A stretch of 41,751 nucleotides of DNA from Dimargaris cristalligena (lineage: Eukaryota), in NCBI GenBank assembly GCA_003614675.1, contig ML002324.1:1-41751 (forward strand), in the 5' to 3' direction. The notes under the pieces were generated by a model. It ran no database searches. It saw only the letters and a program-made list of their open reading frames with translations, and was not told the DNA's origin. Every line of letters begins with the position of its first letter. Within the stretch, counting starts at the first letter, position 1. This document shows, piece by piece, positions 13,061-25,424 of the stretch. Both the position numbers and the translations under genes were made by a program.

Positions 13061-14694
13061 TGTTCATGCTCATATTAAGGGACTCTCCTCCTTCACAATT
13101 CATGCGGTTTGGGTATTATCCTAGTCGAAATCACTTTGTTAGATTGCGGCTAATAAATGTGAACTGCGACTAACCCAGCTTGCTCCAATTTCTATGATTA
13201 TACTCTATTATTATTAACTTGAATTGAACATCTCGATTCTCGGATTCGAACCATCTAGGCATGTTTCGGGCCCCTAGTAAAGTTTTCGGCCTAGGCTATA
13301 CCCAGCGACGCTGTGTCAACCACCCTTACTAACGGACGCTGCTTTTAAAAATTGCTCAAAGTCTAAACTCAACAGCGGTGTGTTATCCTTGGCAAGCACC
13401 TCCGAGTCCCATTGCCCGCCTACCAGCCCTCATATAATTACGCACATACCATTCGACTTTCAATGTTTACGCATCAGAAACCATTGACTTATATCGCTAT
13501 TGATTTTTACCTAGTATAATTTAGTTTATACATTTATTCCATCAGTGTAGCTATCCGATATATATATTTTTCATCAGGCTTGCTACCACCATCGATATCT
13601 GAATCTATACTACCTCTCAATGGTATTCTAAGTGAGAACATATTAGTTGGATCTATAAATATTACTTTATTAGGAATAATGAAACAAATGGTCTGGTAGA
13701 GTGGGACACCGGGGATTGTATTAGGTGTAAGCAGGAAGGACGGTGGATTTTACGTTTGTCGAAAGTTAGACTGGCATTTAGCTGTCGCTAGTATCAGCTT
13801 CCCGGTCAACGGTTATTATAGACGGGGAAGTATCTTTTATATGTTTGTTGCTTAGGTATTGTTCATTCTATCAATGAATATCTCGATATCCGCTTTCTTG
13901 GGCTATAGCAGCCCCCACTATTAGACTCTGCCCATACACGCTTGTAATTAACCTCGAACTAGATCCCCCAGAGGTTTTTATGTAGGTACTTATGGCTTTA
14001 CGAATAACAACAGAGTATACTAGTAGTAGACTAGTTTTATTGGGGGGAAATGTGTGTAGCTTCAACCTGAATCCACGTCACTGGAACTGGAATTGGCGAC
14101 TTCCTGGTATCACGGGACAATTCTAGCGCCTTAGTATTTTTTTTTCATCAGTTGTGGCTCTGTATAATGCGCAAGCCAACCCCAATATAATCCGCAGCAA
14201 TTAGTAATTAATGGCTGATTCGGCCGGATGGGAATATATTTCTGGTAAATGGCTAGAAATTAAGTACCACCAGTTAACGCATAGATTCAATGTATGCTGT
14301 TGTGGAGCACCACCATTCTAATGTATATGTGGGATATCTATTTTTTTCAGTAGGGCTGTTTCCAAGAGCCACAGAGATTAAGCAAGCAAGGCCTCCCTCA
14401 TTAAGCCATACTCCATGCTTGTGTGTAGGTAAGGTAGGTAAGAGGTAGGTAGGTGTAGTTCTCTAGCATCATTTACCCCAATCCATAAAAAAAAAACTCA
14501 TCAAGTACACATATAGTCTCGCTTGACTTGCGCAAGCTGCCCTTTTTGTGTTGTTCCTTTACTCTTCTCTTTCCTCCTTCACTTACTCCTTAGTGTCCTG
14601 TACTTTTGTTCTTCTTGAGTTGATTGTAAATTTGATCTCTCGCTCAATCTCCCAACCCAACCTTTCCTTTTCTACTTTAAGCAAAGCCACCATC

Positions 14695-15237
14695 ATGATC
14701 TTCAACTTCCTGAACACCTCCCGCGCCTTCGCTGCCCGCTCCGCCGGCCTCCAGCAGGTGTCTTTCTTCAGCACCTCCCGGCTTGCCCTCATGGCCTCCC
14801 GTTCCATTTACGTTGGCAACATTCCGTGGCGCTCGACTGACGAACAGATCCACGAGCTGTTCGAGACTTTCGGCCCCGTGGCCAAGTGCCACCTGCCCAA
14901 GGACCCCATGGGCCGCCTCAAGGGTATCGGATTCATCGATATGGCCACTGACGAGGCCGCCGATAAGGCTATCGAGCAGCTCAACGGCTACAGCTTCCTG
15001 GGCCGTGATCTCCGTGTGTCCTACAGTTTGAACGAACGCCGTTACACCCCCGGTAACTTCCAGAACCGCACCCCCCGTTTCGGTGGTGAGCAGCAGGAAC
15101 GTGGCGAACAAATGAGCCGGAGTTATAACAACAACAACCAGGCTTACGTGCGTCACAGCGACTACGCCCAGGAAGGTACCGACTCCCACAGTGAGCAGCC
15201 CACCGAGACCCCCTTCCCCCCTACCCAAAAGGAGTAA
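14695..15237 (+). CDS. Single-RRM RNA-binding protein with probable mitochondrial targeting presequence, 180 aa
   Basis: ATG at 14695. The N-terminus is rich in R/S/A/F with no acidic residues (MIFNFLNTSRAFAARSAGLQQVSFFSTSRLAL). RNP2 IYVGNI and RNP1 KGIGFIDM are present. Strong C-ending codon bias; no intron needed. Confidence 0.88.
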   Translation: MIFNFLNTSRAFAARSAGLQQVSFFSTSRLALMASRSIYVGNIPWRSTDEQIHELFETFGPVAKCHLPKDPMGRLKGIGFIDMATDEAADKAIEQLNGYSFLGRDLRVSYSLNERRYTPGNFQNRTPRFGGEQQERGEQMSRSYNNNNQAYVRHSDYAQEGTDSHSEQPTETPFPPTQKE

Positions 15238-15377
15238 ACTTAGGTTACTCCAACCATCCTATTCCTCCTTCTTCAGCTTTATAGTATTCAGGGTTTTTGG
15301 TCGCCGCCCTTTCGCGGTATGAACTTAGCCCCAGTCCATAACCCTCCCCCCTCCTTCCCCCAATACTCATTTAACTG

Positions 15378-15404
15378 CTACTACTACTACTACTACTACT
15401 ACTA
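15378..15404. repeat. (CTA)n microsatellite downstream of the RRM gene
   Basis: About 9 consecutive CTA units. Confidence 0.85.
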
Positions 15405-16068
15405 TTATACGCCTTTTCTATGTTGAAAAGGGTATATATTTTTTTATAGCATACATTTCACCATTAAAATACCCCCGGCTATTTTAATACACCGTATTTA
15501 TTTTATAGAATCATCCATAAACTACATTGTCTTAGGGCTGCTTTAACTCAATTGCTGATTTATATTATGCGTGGGGAATTGGGAATATGGCCAACTATGG
15601 GAGGTACACTAAATACATTTCACAATACTAAATTACAGGCATTTACTATAGCGACCTGATAAACCGGGTGGGTAGAGTAGATAGGACATAACCGGTTGGG
15701 TGTATTTAGTCAATAATATTTTACAGTTAAGGCAGACAACCTCCAGCTAATGCGCTGTTTCTTTTTTTTCTTCTTTTATGTCTATTTCGTTTAGAATTCT
15801 AGAATTTGATAACCAAAAGGGGAGTCTGGATAAACATAGATCATACGAATACGAATACATACATAATCTATTACCAAAAATAAAAAAAACCTCCGAAATA
15901 GAAGTACGCTAGGATATCACCAAAATGCCAGTGGATATTCTGAATTGAGAAGGAAAGGTTGTTGAAACAATAAGCGAAGCATTATGGCAATTCGCCTGTG
16001 CCCAGCCCCTTGATCGTAGAGATCCGTACTGCGCCAAGGGATATAGAACTGGGAGATAAGGAAGGGTC

Positions 16069-17090
16069 TTAGTAAGGAGCGTATCCACCACGACGGCCCC
16101 TGTGTGAAAAAAATATAATCAGGCAATGCGCAAAATCGACCAAATGGAATTATACATTAGCAAAATAGATCTCGCCCATGTTGTTGTAATACATACACAT
16201 TGTATAGATATAGATATAGATATATACCGCTAAGCTGGGAGTACTGTCTCCACTGCAATTGACCTATACTTACCGGAAGAAGCTAGAGCGGCCCCGATAA
16301 CCGCCACGGAATGGCCGACGGCCACGCGAGAAACCTCGGCCACCGGGCCCATTGAACATCGGAATATTGGTCCGCTTGGGGGTGACCTTAATCTCGCGGT
16401 CGTGCAGTGCGGTGCCTTCGAGTTTCACGGCATTGTCGACACTTTCGGCCTCGGCGAATTCCACATAGGCAAATCCTTTGGGTTGTCCAGTGATCTTATT
16501 GCAAAGGATAGTCACCCGGTTGATGGTACCGCAGGGCTGGAAGAGCGCCTGGAGTTCCTCGGGCGTGGTGCTGTAATCCACGTTGCCCACGTAGACGGAC
16601 CGCGTGTCGATTTCCTCCTTTTGGGTGCTGACGGCCCCGGCGGCCGTGACGGCGGTGCCCTGGCTCAGCTCCCTCTCGGCCTCTTCCTGCAGCGTACGGA
16701 GCTTCGCGGCTTCCTGTTCCAACTCCAAAACGCGCTGCTTCATGGCTTCGATTTCCTGTACGGAGTAGAGAGTCCCATTCAAAAAGAAAACCGGAGGAAA
16801 GGTAGAACAAAAGAAGAAGAAGAAACAGTAAGTCAATGAAAATTGAGGGGGAATTTCTGTTAAGGATGGTGGTGAATACGGGGCTACCATGATGCTGGCA
16901 GTCGGAGTATAGGACTCAGGGAATGTGCGCGTGTCGGCCATTACTCTGCAATTCACTTGAAACTGCGGTCAGAGAATCGCATACATGGTGCCTTTGTGAG
17001 GGCCTGGGCTAATGCATGTGGGCGGACACTTACCGGATCGTCGACCATGAGGGTGGCAGGGTCGGGGGTGGTGATGCTTTGGTCGGTCAT
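16069..17090 (-). CDS. PAB2: Nuclear poly(A)-binding protein 2 (PABPN1/Pab2/Sgn1 family), complement join(17034..17090,16274..16755,16069..16099), 189 aa
   Basis: Coiled coil [35 protein letters not shown]...KGFAYVEF...[12 protein letters not shown] tail ending [10 protein letters not shown]. Two GTAAGT...CAG introns with consistent phases (0 and 2). Confidence 0.93.
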
Positions 17091-18095
17091 TTTAATAGTA
17101 ACAAAGTAGGAGATGGGGCTGTGTAAAACAAAAAAGAATGCGAGTATTCTGATCGTAAGTGCGACTGGAGGTAGCAGCGGCTGGCTAGTTGGCTTCCAAA
17201 AATTAGCAGGAATGGGCTTTGTTGGACGTGTCGCGAAAAAAAATAATCTGATAGGGTGTGTGGGATAGTAGAAAATCAGCGTATAATTCTTTGGTTTCAG
17301 AGCAGGGAGTATGAGTGGTTTTAAACCTCCATAATTTCGGTGCTTAGTTGCCCTACAATGCGGTATTTGAATGGACTACAACCACCATTGCTTGCCAAGG
17401 AGATTCACAAATAGCCGCTATTCTTTAATGGCTAACAGAGCCCCTTCTCTTCAAAGTAGGCGTCACTTTAGCCCTTGTTATTAGGAAATTACTACCCACA
17501 AAAGCGGGCTGTGTATTTAAAATTCAAGTCATGTGACATGGGTCTCGAGTATGAGGCTGCTAATGAAAAGAGCGCGATGGAAACCCTCTTCTAAGCACAG
17601 TATTCCAGCTTCGAATCAAGGAGAGAGCCAAAAAGAAATTGGCTTTCCAACTTGTCACCGCGCTTAACCACCCGGCATTATTAGTTTAGACTGGAATTTC
17701 CGGGGAAGCCACGGCAATGGTAAGCCGGTGTGGAATACCCCACCACAATCAATACCAATGGCAAGTCTTTAAGCCATTGGGCGACACCTCCCTCTATACC
17801 TGATTTAATTGTGTGGTTTCATAAATGCCCCTGTCGGTGTTCCCTTCATTATTATAGCTTATGGGGCCATAGGTGATCTTAGAACGCAATCCAGGAATAA
17901 TCCACCGGGGAAAGTTTAATAAATAATGTCAAGGAAATTATTTTCTAGTCGGCCAAGGCATCATCAGCCAATGCCATTATTGGCGAAGTGACTATCACTT
18001 GACCGTTTGGCAGAGAGACATACATACGTTGGAAAGTCAAGAGGGCTATATAGATCTGGACCTTACTGCTTTGCTGCCAACACCGTATACGGGCA

Positions 18096-19301
<1,206 letters not shown>

Positions 19302-19979
19302 TTATATATATATAAACACCAAAACTAGATGATAGACCCGAAACAATAGAGATAGATGAGCATGTAAAACGAGACTCTGAGACAACAAACGGCTGCTTGA
19401 AGGCTTAGAGAGGGGTTCGCCTAATATCATCCACAGCACAGACGCGAAAATTGGAAACTTCCGTTAGAGTATTGGCTAGTGGTATTTAGGAACCTATTAT
19501 GGGGCTTGTATTTTAACCCCAGTTCAAGGGGAAGTAGCCTAAATTAACCACTTTAAGTTTACTCTCGCCTGGTGTCCGGGACAACGTGTCCCTGTTATAC
19601 TATCTTTATATATATATATAGTTGTAATAATTACTCATGAAGTAGACCCATAAGGCCCCGGGCATATGGGGTTAAGCAGGTGATCAGAGTCGTTTTAGGA
19701 TTACTGTGGACATAACAGTCAAGCCAAGGCTGGTTTTTTTTTCAATACTAAAGTATGGGGTTTGGCTTTACCAATGGACCATTCAGCCCATGCCGAGGGT
19801 CCTTTTTCACCTCCACCAAAACCCTTAGAGCTACTTGAAGCCACCAGTTACTCATTTCACTCAACCCTACTTTTACTATTCGTGCTCTCCGACTCATTGG
19901 CCCTCCCCCCACTCTTGCTAAAGGTGCCTCCTATTTTCGACTGCAACTCGACTGTTGAATTTTTTTTACTACACAAAGA

Positions 19980-22030
19980 ATGTCGGCCGAAAGGACCAAA
20001 ATCTGCCACTACGACCTGCTCGGGGTTTCGTTCGATGCCACTTCTGACGAGCTTAAGAAGGCCTATCGGCAACAGGCCCTCCTATGGCATCCAGGTAGGT
20101 CAACCACTACCAGTCCAGCTGACCTACATTTGTAATTTACCCATTGGCCTCGGGAACTTCAGATTAACCGTGTGCTGCCCTTGGTGACCGGGCTTCGTAA
20201 GGGGGTTTTCGGCCTTGCAATATCTAGCTAACCCGTACTGTATCCCACCCATGGCTCTCCCACGTCCTTCCCACTAGATAAAAACCCCCATCGAATTGAC
20301 GAGGCGACGGCCTATTTCGCTCAAATCCAGAGTGCCTACCAAGTACTTTCCGACCCCCAGGAACGGAGCTGGTATGTCATTACATCGTTTATTACTACCT
20401 CTCATTGAGATTTATCATTGTTTCAGTTGGCGGATAATGTGAATGCAGCACCAAGTTCAACCTACCGATATCCACCTAAATATCTTTGTACGTCTGTTTT
20501 AATTAGGTACGACGACCACAAGGATGCGATCTTACGAGGCGGTAAGTCCTATCTTAAGGACTTAATGTCGGCTCATTTACCAGACCACAACAATTCCTAT
20601 AGGAAAATAATGTGTTGGAATGCTATTGTCAGCATGATCCATGTGCTAATCTGAGCCCCGTCCTATATTTACTCCTAAACTACATGCCTATCCATTTACA
20701 GCCGATCTAAATTCCGCCGACCCCGACTCCATGACTTCGGGCCCCACCTCGGAGGCCCTCATGAAATACTTCTCCGACACCATGTTCCGTGGGTACTCGG
20801 ATTCTAAAGATGTAGGTATTTTTTAAAGGTAGAGAATAAAGGGGGAAACCGTGACAAGATTCAGAGTGCCCTTTGGACAGATACGATTCTAACTGTTTCC
20901 AACCCTTTCCACCATAATCATCGCTATTGAACCCTGGTAACCGGTCCCCTTCTCATATCTTTCTATATCACCATGCTGACAACTTATATGCTATTTCAAA
21001 TACTATTATCTATTTCAGGGATTCTTCATGCTCTATGGTAAAATATTCCGTGCTGTATCGGATGAAGAGTTACGGGCCGCCGGGTCCAGTATGGACCCAG
21101 ACCTTAAACAAGCCCTGTCCAATTTAGATTTCGGCCAATCGTTCACCCACGCCAAACAGCCCATCAACCGGAATGATGGATCCCGGCATACATACACCCT
21201 TCTTGAATACTACAGTTTTTGGAGCTCTTTCTCGACCTGCCGTAGTTTTGGCTGGCACGAAAAGTACCGGCTTAGTGAGGCGCCCAACCGCTATGTCCGC
21301 CGCGCCATGGAGAAGGAAAACCGCAAGCTTCGGGAGTCGGCCCGGAAGACCTATAATGATACCGTTCGGGTAAGTATTAGTTAGTTTCGTCAATTATCTT
21401 CGTCCATGCTTAACCAGGAACCTGACTTAACGTTTGTTTTCCATCTCCATTTATATTTATCCCGCTCCATAATCCCCCCCACTCTTCCCTCTTTAGTCGC
21501 TTATTACCTTTGTCAAAAAACGTGATCCACGCATTCAAGCGTGGAACGCCGAGCAGCAGGAGCTCCAGCGGCAGCGCGAAGAAGAAAAAAGTCGCCTAAA
21601 GGCGGAGGCCAAAACCGTCCGGGTGAAGGTGAACTACCAGGCCCCCGCCTGGGCCCAGGTGGATGATGCCGCCTATGACAGGTTATTCGGGTTGGCCGAT
21701 GGGGGGGTAGGCTCGGACAACAGTGGTACCGGGGATCAGACCCCCTCTTCCACGGTCGATGCCGCAGCGGAACCGACAGTTGCTGAGGCCCTGGTGGCTG
21801 ACCTGGACGCCTTGCGAGTAGACCACGCCGACCAACAACCAGCCTCGGATGCGACAGAGGAGGCGGGCTTAGAGGGTGAAGACGAGCTGTACTGTGTGGT
21901 GTGCGACAAAGCGTTCAAATCGGTGCCCCAACGCCAAAATCACGATCGGTCGAAAAAACATATCAAAGCGCTACAACAAATGCGGGTCCAACTGTTGGAG
22001 GATGACGAATTTTTCGAGGGCGGATTTTAA
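19980..22030 (+). CDS. JJJ1: DnaJ co-chaperone of the Jjj1/DNAJC21 family, join(19980..20094,20278..20371,20507..20541,20702..20811,21019..21369,21497..22030), 412 aa
   Basis: J-domain CHYDLLGV...[18 protein letters not shown]...[27 protein letters not shown]; Jjj1 motifs [18 protein letters not shown] and FVKKRDPR; C2H2 finger [23 protein letters not shown]. All five introns are GT-AG and in phase. Confidence 0.93.
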
Positions 22031-22306
22031 AACACGTTACCATATCATGTAATTCTACTGGCCTGCTTGCCGCATTTCAGAACGCGCCCCTCGTTAATAA
22101 AATTTCACAGTAGGTATATTATTGCCATGGTGAAATGGGTTGTTTTTCGTGGGATCGTTGATTATTATCCTTTTATTAAGGTGGCGGGGATTGGGATTAC
22201 TATGATTTAAAGTGCGCCACGGAACAAGAACGGTGAGGAAGAAGAATCCCGTGTTTCTAGAGCTTAATTAGTACCCTTTTCTAAAGGTATTGTGAGTAAC
22301 ATATTC

Positions 22307-23677
22307 TTAACTATTAACAGCCGAGTCCACTTGATTAGGGGTGTATGGTTTGTTGATGCCAAAGTCGCCCGAGAAATCACTCCCGCTATCATCGTTACCA
22401 AACGGCTGGATGGCTTCTGCTGGACGGGTGTATTGGATGACGAGTCCCGCCATGACCAAACTGCCGAACACCGTCATGCCGATCACCACCAGATTCTGGG
22501 CCAAGAGGGACACCTGGGCCGCATCCAGCTGCCAGGAGACGGCGGTTCCAATGGACTGCACCAAAAACAAGAACCCCAAATGATGGTCCAGGGACTCCAC
22601 GTGGGGGAATACCAGGGTCAGGGCCCACAGGGAGAATGCGTTGATCACCGCGTCGAGGGCGCCCCACTGCATAAAGACGGCCAGTGGTCCGAGGTAAGCC
22701 ACCTGGGTAAAATCGACGAGCCGGCCCGTCCGCTGCCCATGGACTTGAATGGCCAAAGCCCCCACGTACGACGCGAGGACCATCACCAGGATGGCCGCCA
22801 GCAAGGTCAAACCGCGGAATCGCCGGGACCAGTGGGGGCGGTCCAGGAGCCAGCCCAGAACATAGGAACTCGTGAGGGAACTGAGGTAGTATACAATACA
22901 ATTGATGGCGCGCGTCCGAATGGTGAAGAGCGTGAAATTAAACCCGTTGAACTGGTAGGCGTAGTAGAATCGGGTGATGGCGAAATAGGGGATGAATAGG
23001 ACCAGGGGACCGTCGCGGGCCGCCCGAAACAGGAGCCTAATTTCGCGCCGCCAGCCCTGGAATTTCGGCACAACGATGGGGCTACCGTCGTCCTTGGTCA
23101 GGTACCGCGGCGACACCAGTAGGAGCGACAGCAGGACGGCCACAATGGTGACGGCCGTGGCCACGTAATAAGTGGCCAGACCCAAGCCGCGAGATGAGTT
23201 ACTGTAGTTGAGGCCCAAGGCCACCGCACCGCCCACCACACCGTTGAGCGACGCTACCAAGAAAAAAGTCGACAGATAAGACCCGCGCTGGGCCTCCTGG
23301 GGGTACGACACCAGCATCACCGACTGGATCATCCCGGACATGAGCAAACCAAAACCCTTTAGGGCCCCCGTGATCACGACCGGTGCGGGTTGGGGCCAGT
23401 ACGCGAACAAGACAAATGAGGCCATGAACAGCGTGTAGGTAACCGAAGCAATGAACATGGCCAGGCGCACGCCGAGGTAGTTGTTGACGCCGCTGACGAC
23501 GAGGCCCGCCACGCAACTGGCGATGGCCCCGGCGACGTTGGCCCGCGCTGATATGCTGCTGTCCATCAAACCCCCGCCGCCAACCCCCAGAACGGCATTC
23601 CAACTGGCGTTGATGCAGAGCGATATCAGAGCCGCGATTACCACCTGGCGGTAGGGGGTGTAAAACCTCGGGATCAT
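22307..23677 (-). CDS. UNC-93-like MFS membrane protein, about 456 aa, intronless
   Basis: Multiple hydrophobic helices. Motifs YTPYRQVVI...NAVLGVGGGGL, MLVSYPQEAQRGSYLS and YAYQFNGFNFTLFTIRTRAIN resemble fungal UNC-93-like proteins. First ATG in frame is at 23677. Confidence 0.85.
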   Translation of the reverse strand: MIPRFYTPYRQVVIAALISLCINASWNAVLGVGGGGLMDSSISARANVAGAIASCVAGLVVSGVNNYLGVRLAMFIASVTYTLFMASFVLFAYWPQPAPVVITGALKGFGLLMSGMIQSVMLVSYPQEAQRGSYLSTFFLVASLNGVVGGAVALGLNYSNSSRGLGLATYYVATAVTIVAVLLSLLLVSPRYLTKDDGSPIVVPKFQGWRREIRLLFRAARDGPLVLFIPYFAITRFYYAYQFNGFNFTLFTIRTRAINCIVYYLSSLTSSYVLGWLLDRPHWSRRFRGLTLLAAILVMVLASYVGALAIQVHGQRTGRLVDFTQVAYLGPLAVFMQWGALDAVINAFSLWALTLVFPHVESLDHHLGFLFLVQSIGTAVSWQLDAAQVSLLAQNLVVIGMTVFGSLVMAGLVIQYTRPAEAIQPFGNDDSGSDFSGDFGINKPYTPNQVDSAVNS

Positions 23678-25424
23678 TAGGCGGGATATGTTTGGGGTGT
23701 GGCCAACTGAGTTCCTGAATTTAAAATGGGTTAACTGGGCCGATGCAAAATGAAATAATAAAAAACAGTCACCGATTAGGAGCAGGCGGACATATAAAAA
23801 CACCTCAATCGACAGGCTGGGTTGAAGTGAAAATAGATTAATTAAAAACGGCGAAATTTATAACAGCAACAATGAAGCTTCAATTAGGAAAAAGTATGTG
23901 GACTAAATAAACACTTTACATAGCGAGCCAAAAAGAAACGTAGATTCGGGGCAATACCCCCATTTATAAACCCGCGTTCCAGATGGCTACGTCCCAGAAA
24001 AAACAGGGATGTGCAGTATATTCGTATATTGGGTAATCGAAAAGAGTAGTCCCGATACGACCGAGATATTCTACCCCAGGTATTTTTCAGACAAGTAGGT
24101 CTTTGTAGATGTAGTATTCGTATTTTTTTTTGGGGGGGGGAGGGGTGGATAGGTAAGGGGTAATACGAGTAGAGCATTCCCAGCTTACCCCAGATGTCCA
24201 TGTTCAATGGAAGCAATGGCGGGTGACCGATCGACTTTTTCATGTAGGCCAACCTTTTAATCCGTCACCAGTAATGGTACATATTTGGCATCAATTGTAT
24301 TTGTCAAGTAGAGTGCGATTTTATTCCACTCCAGGGGCGGAAGGGGATAAACCCTAATTACCGAGGCAGCTGAAGGGCTGAGGAAGGGCGGTCACTATGG
24401 GCAAACCGTTTGGTTCCTGGAATCTTAGTTGGGGGGTTCCCCCGTCCCCTGTTGGCCGTGTGCCTAATCCCTGTAAGTTACAGAATGCAACCAAGGGGCG
24501 AAGACGCGGTTTACCCAAGTGGGATAACCGTGCCCGGAATATCTCCGAATGGCTGAAAATGACCTTATTGAATACGTGGAACCAGGTAGTTTACGCTGGT
24601 TTATGGTGCATCTCGGTCGACTGCATCGAGAATACTCGAGGATAGCAAAGGGAGCCAAAGTAACGGGCGATGCAGGTCCGTAGACTTATAACTAACTGAT
24701 ACAAGTGGGCCACATTTTACCTGTATTTTCCTTATTGGGAATCTTGACTACCTTCCACCCGCTCGCCTTGTCCAACTATATTCGAGACTTCGACTTTTAT
24801 CACACCACTGGTCGACCCCCCTTTATACGAATCTGGATAGTTTATAGTGATAACCCGAATGGCTGGATAGCAGGCAGCTTATTGACTAGGATATATATTT
24901 GGAATGGCAACAGCGGATGAGTTCAAAAGTATGTGGGTTGCAGTCTGTGTTAAACAGGGGATTATTTTACTGGGATTAAGGTGTGATTTTCACCGAGGGG
25001 CCCCAAGTGTAAACAACAGTGCTGTCCGTTGACTACAGCCATTTGGGTGGGGTCGCAGTATGCCAGTCGGATCAGCCTATATTTAGGAAGCAGAAGCGAA
25101 TAAATCAAAAGAGAGCATCAGTCCGTGTTTAGCTTCACGTTGTGGATGTGATACTGGCTTTTCCAAATGGGTGTATTTCTCCCACCAAGGCTTTCCGTTT
25201 TTCCACCCCGAGTCCATTCCATTTGTTGTTGACCTTAGGTGACTTACCGACCCATTCCTTTGGTTACTTTTTACCTGACCACTCCCCTCCCTTCCCCTAT
25301 TATCTTGTATAACCCACTAGCCCCCCTTTTTATTTTTATTACAAAGGTTTCCATTTCCGTTCCATCGCGATCTTTCCCATACCACCTGTCCCTTTTTCAT
25401 TTAGTTTTTCTTCAATTCCCTACC

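Noticed and set aside
14424-14458. Cluster of GTAGG/GTAAG donor-like motifs upstream of the RRM gene
   Set aside because: Adequately explained as a degenerate (GTAG)n simple repeat; no supportable upstream exon.
22292-22999. 235-aa plus-strand ORF
   Set aside because: Antisense shadow of the GC-rich UNC-93-like CDS.
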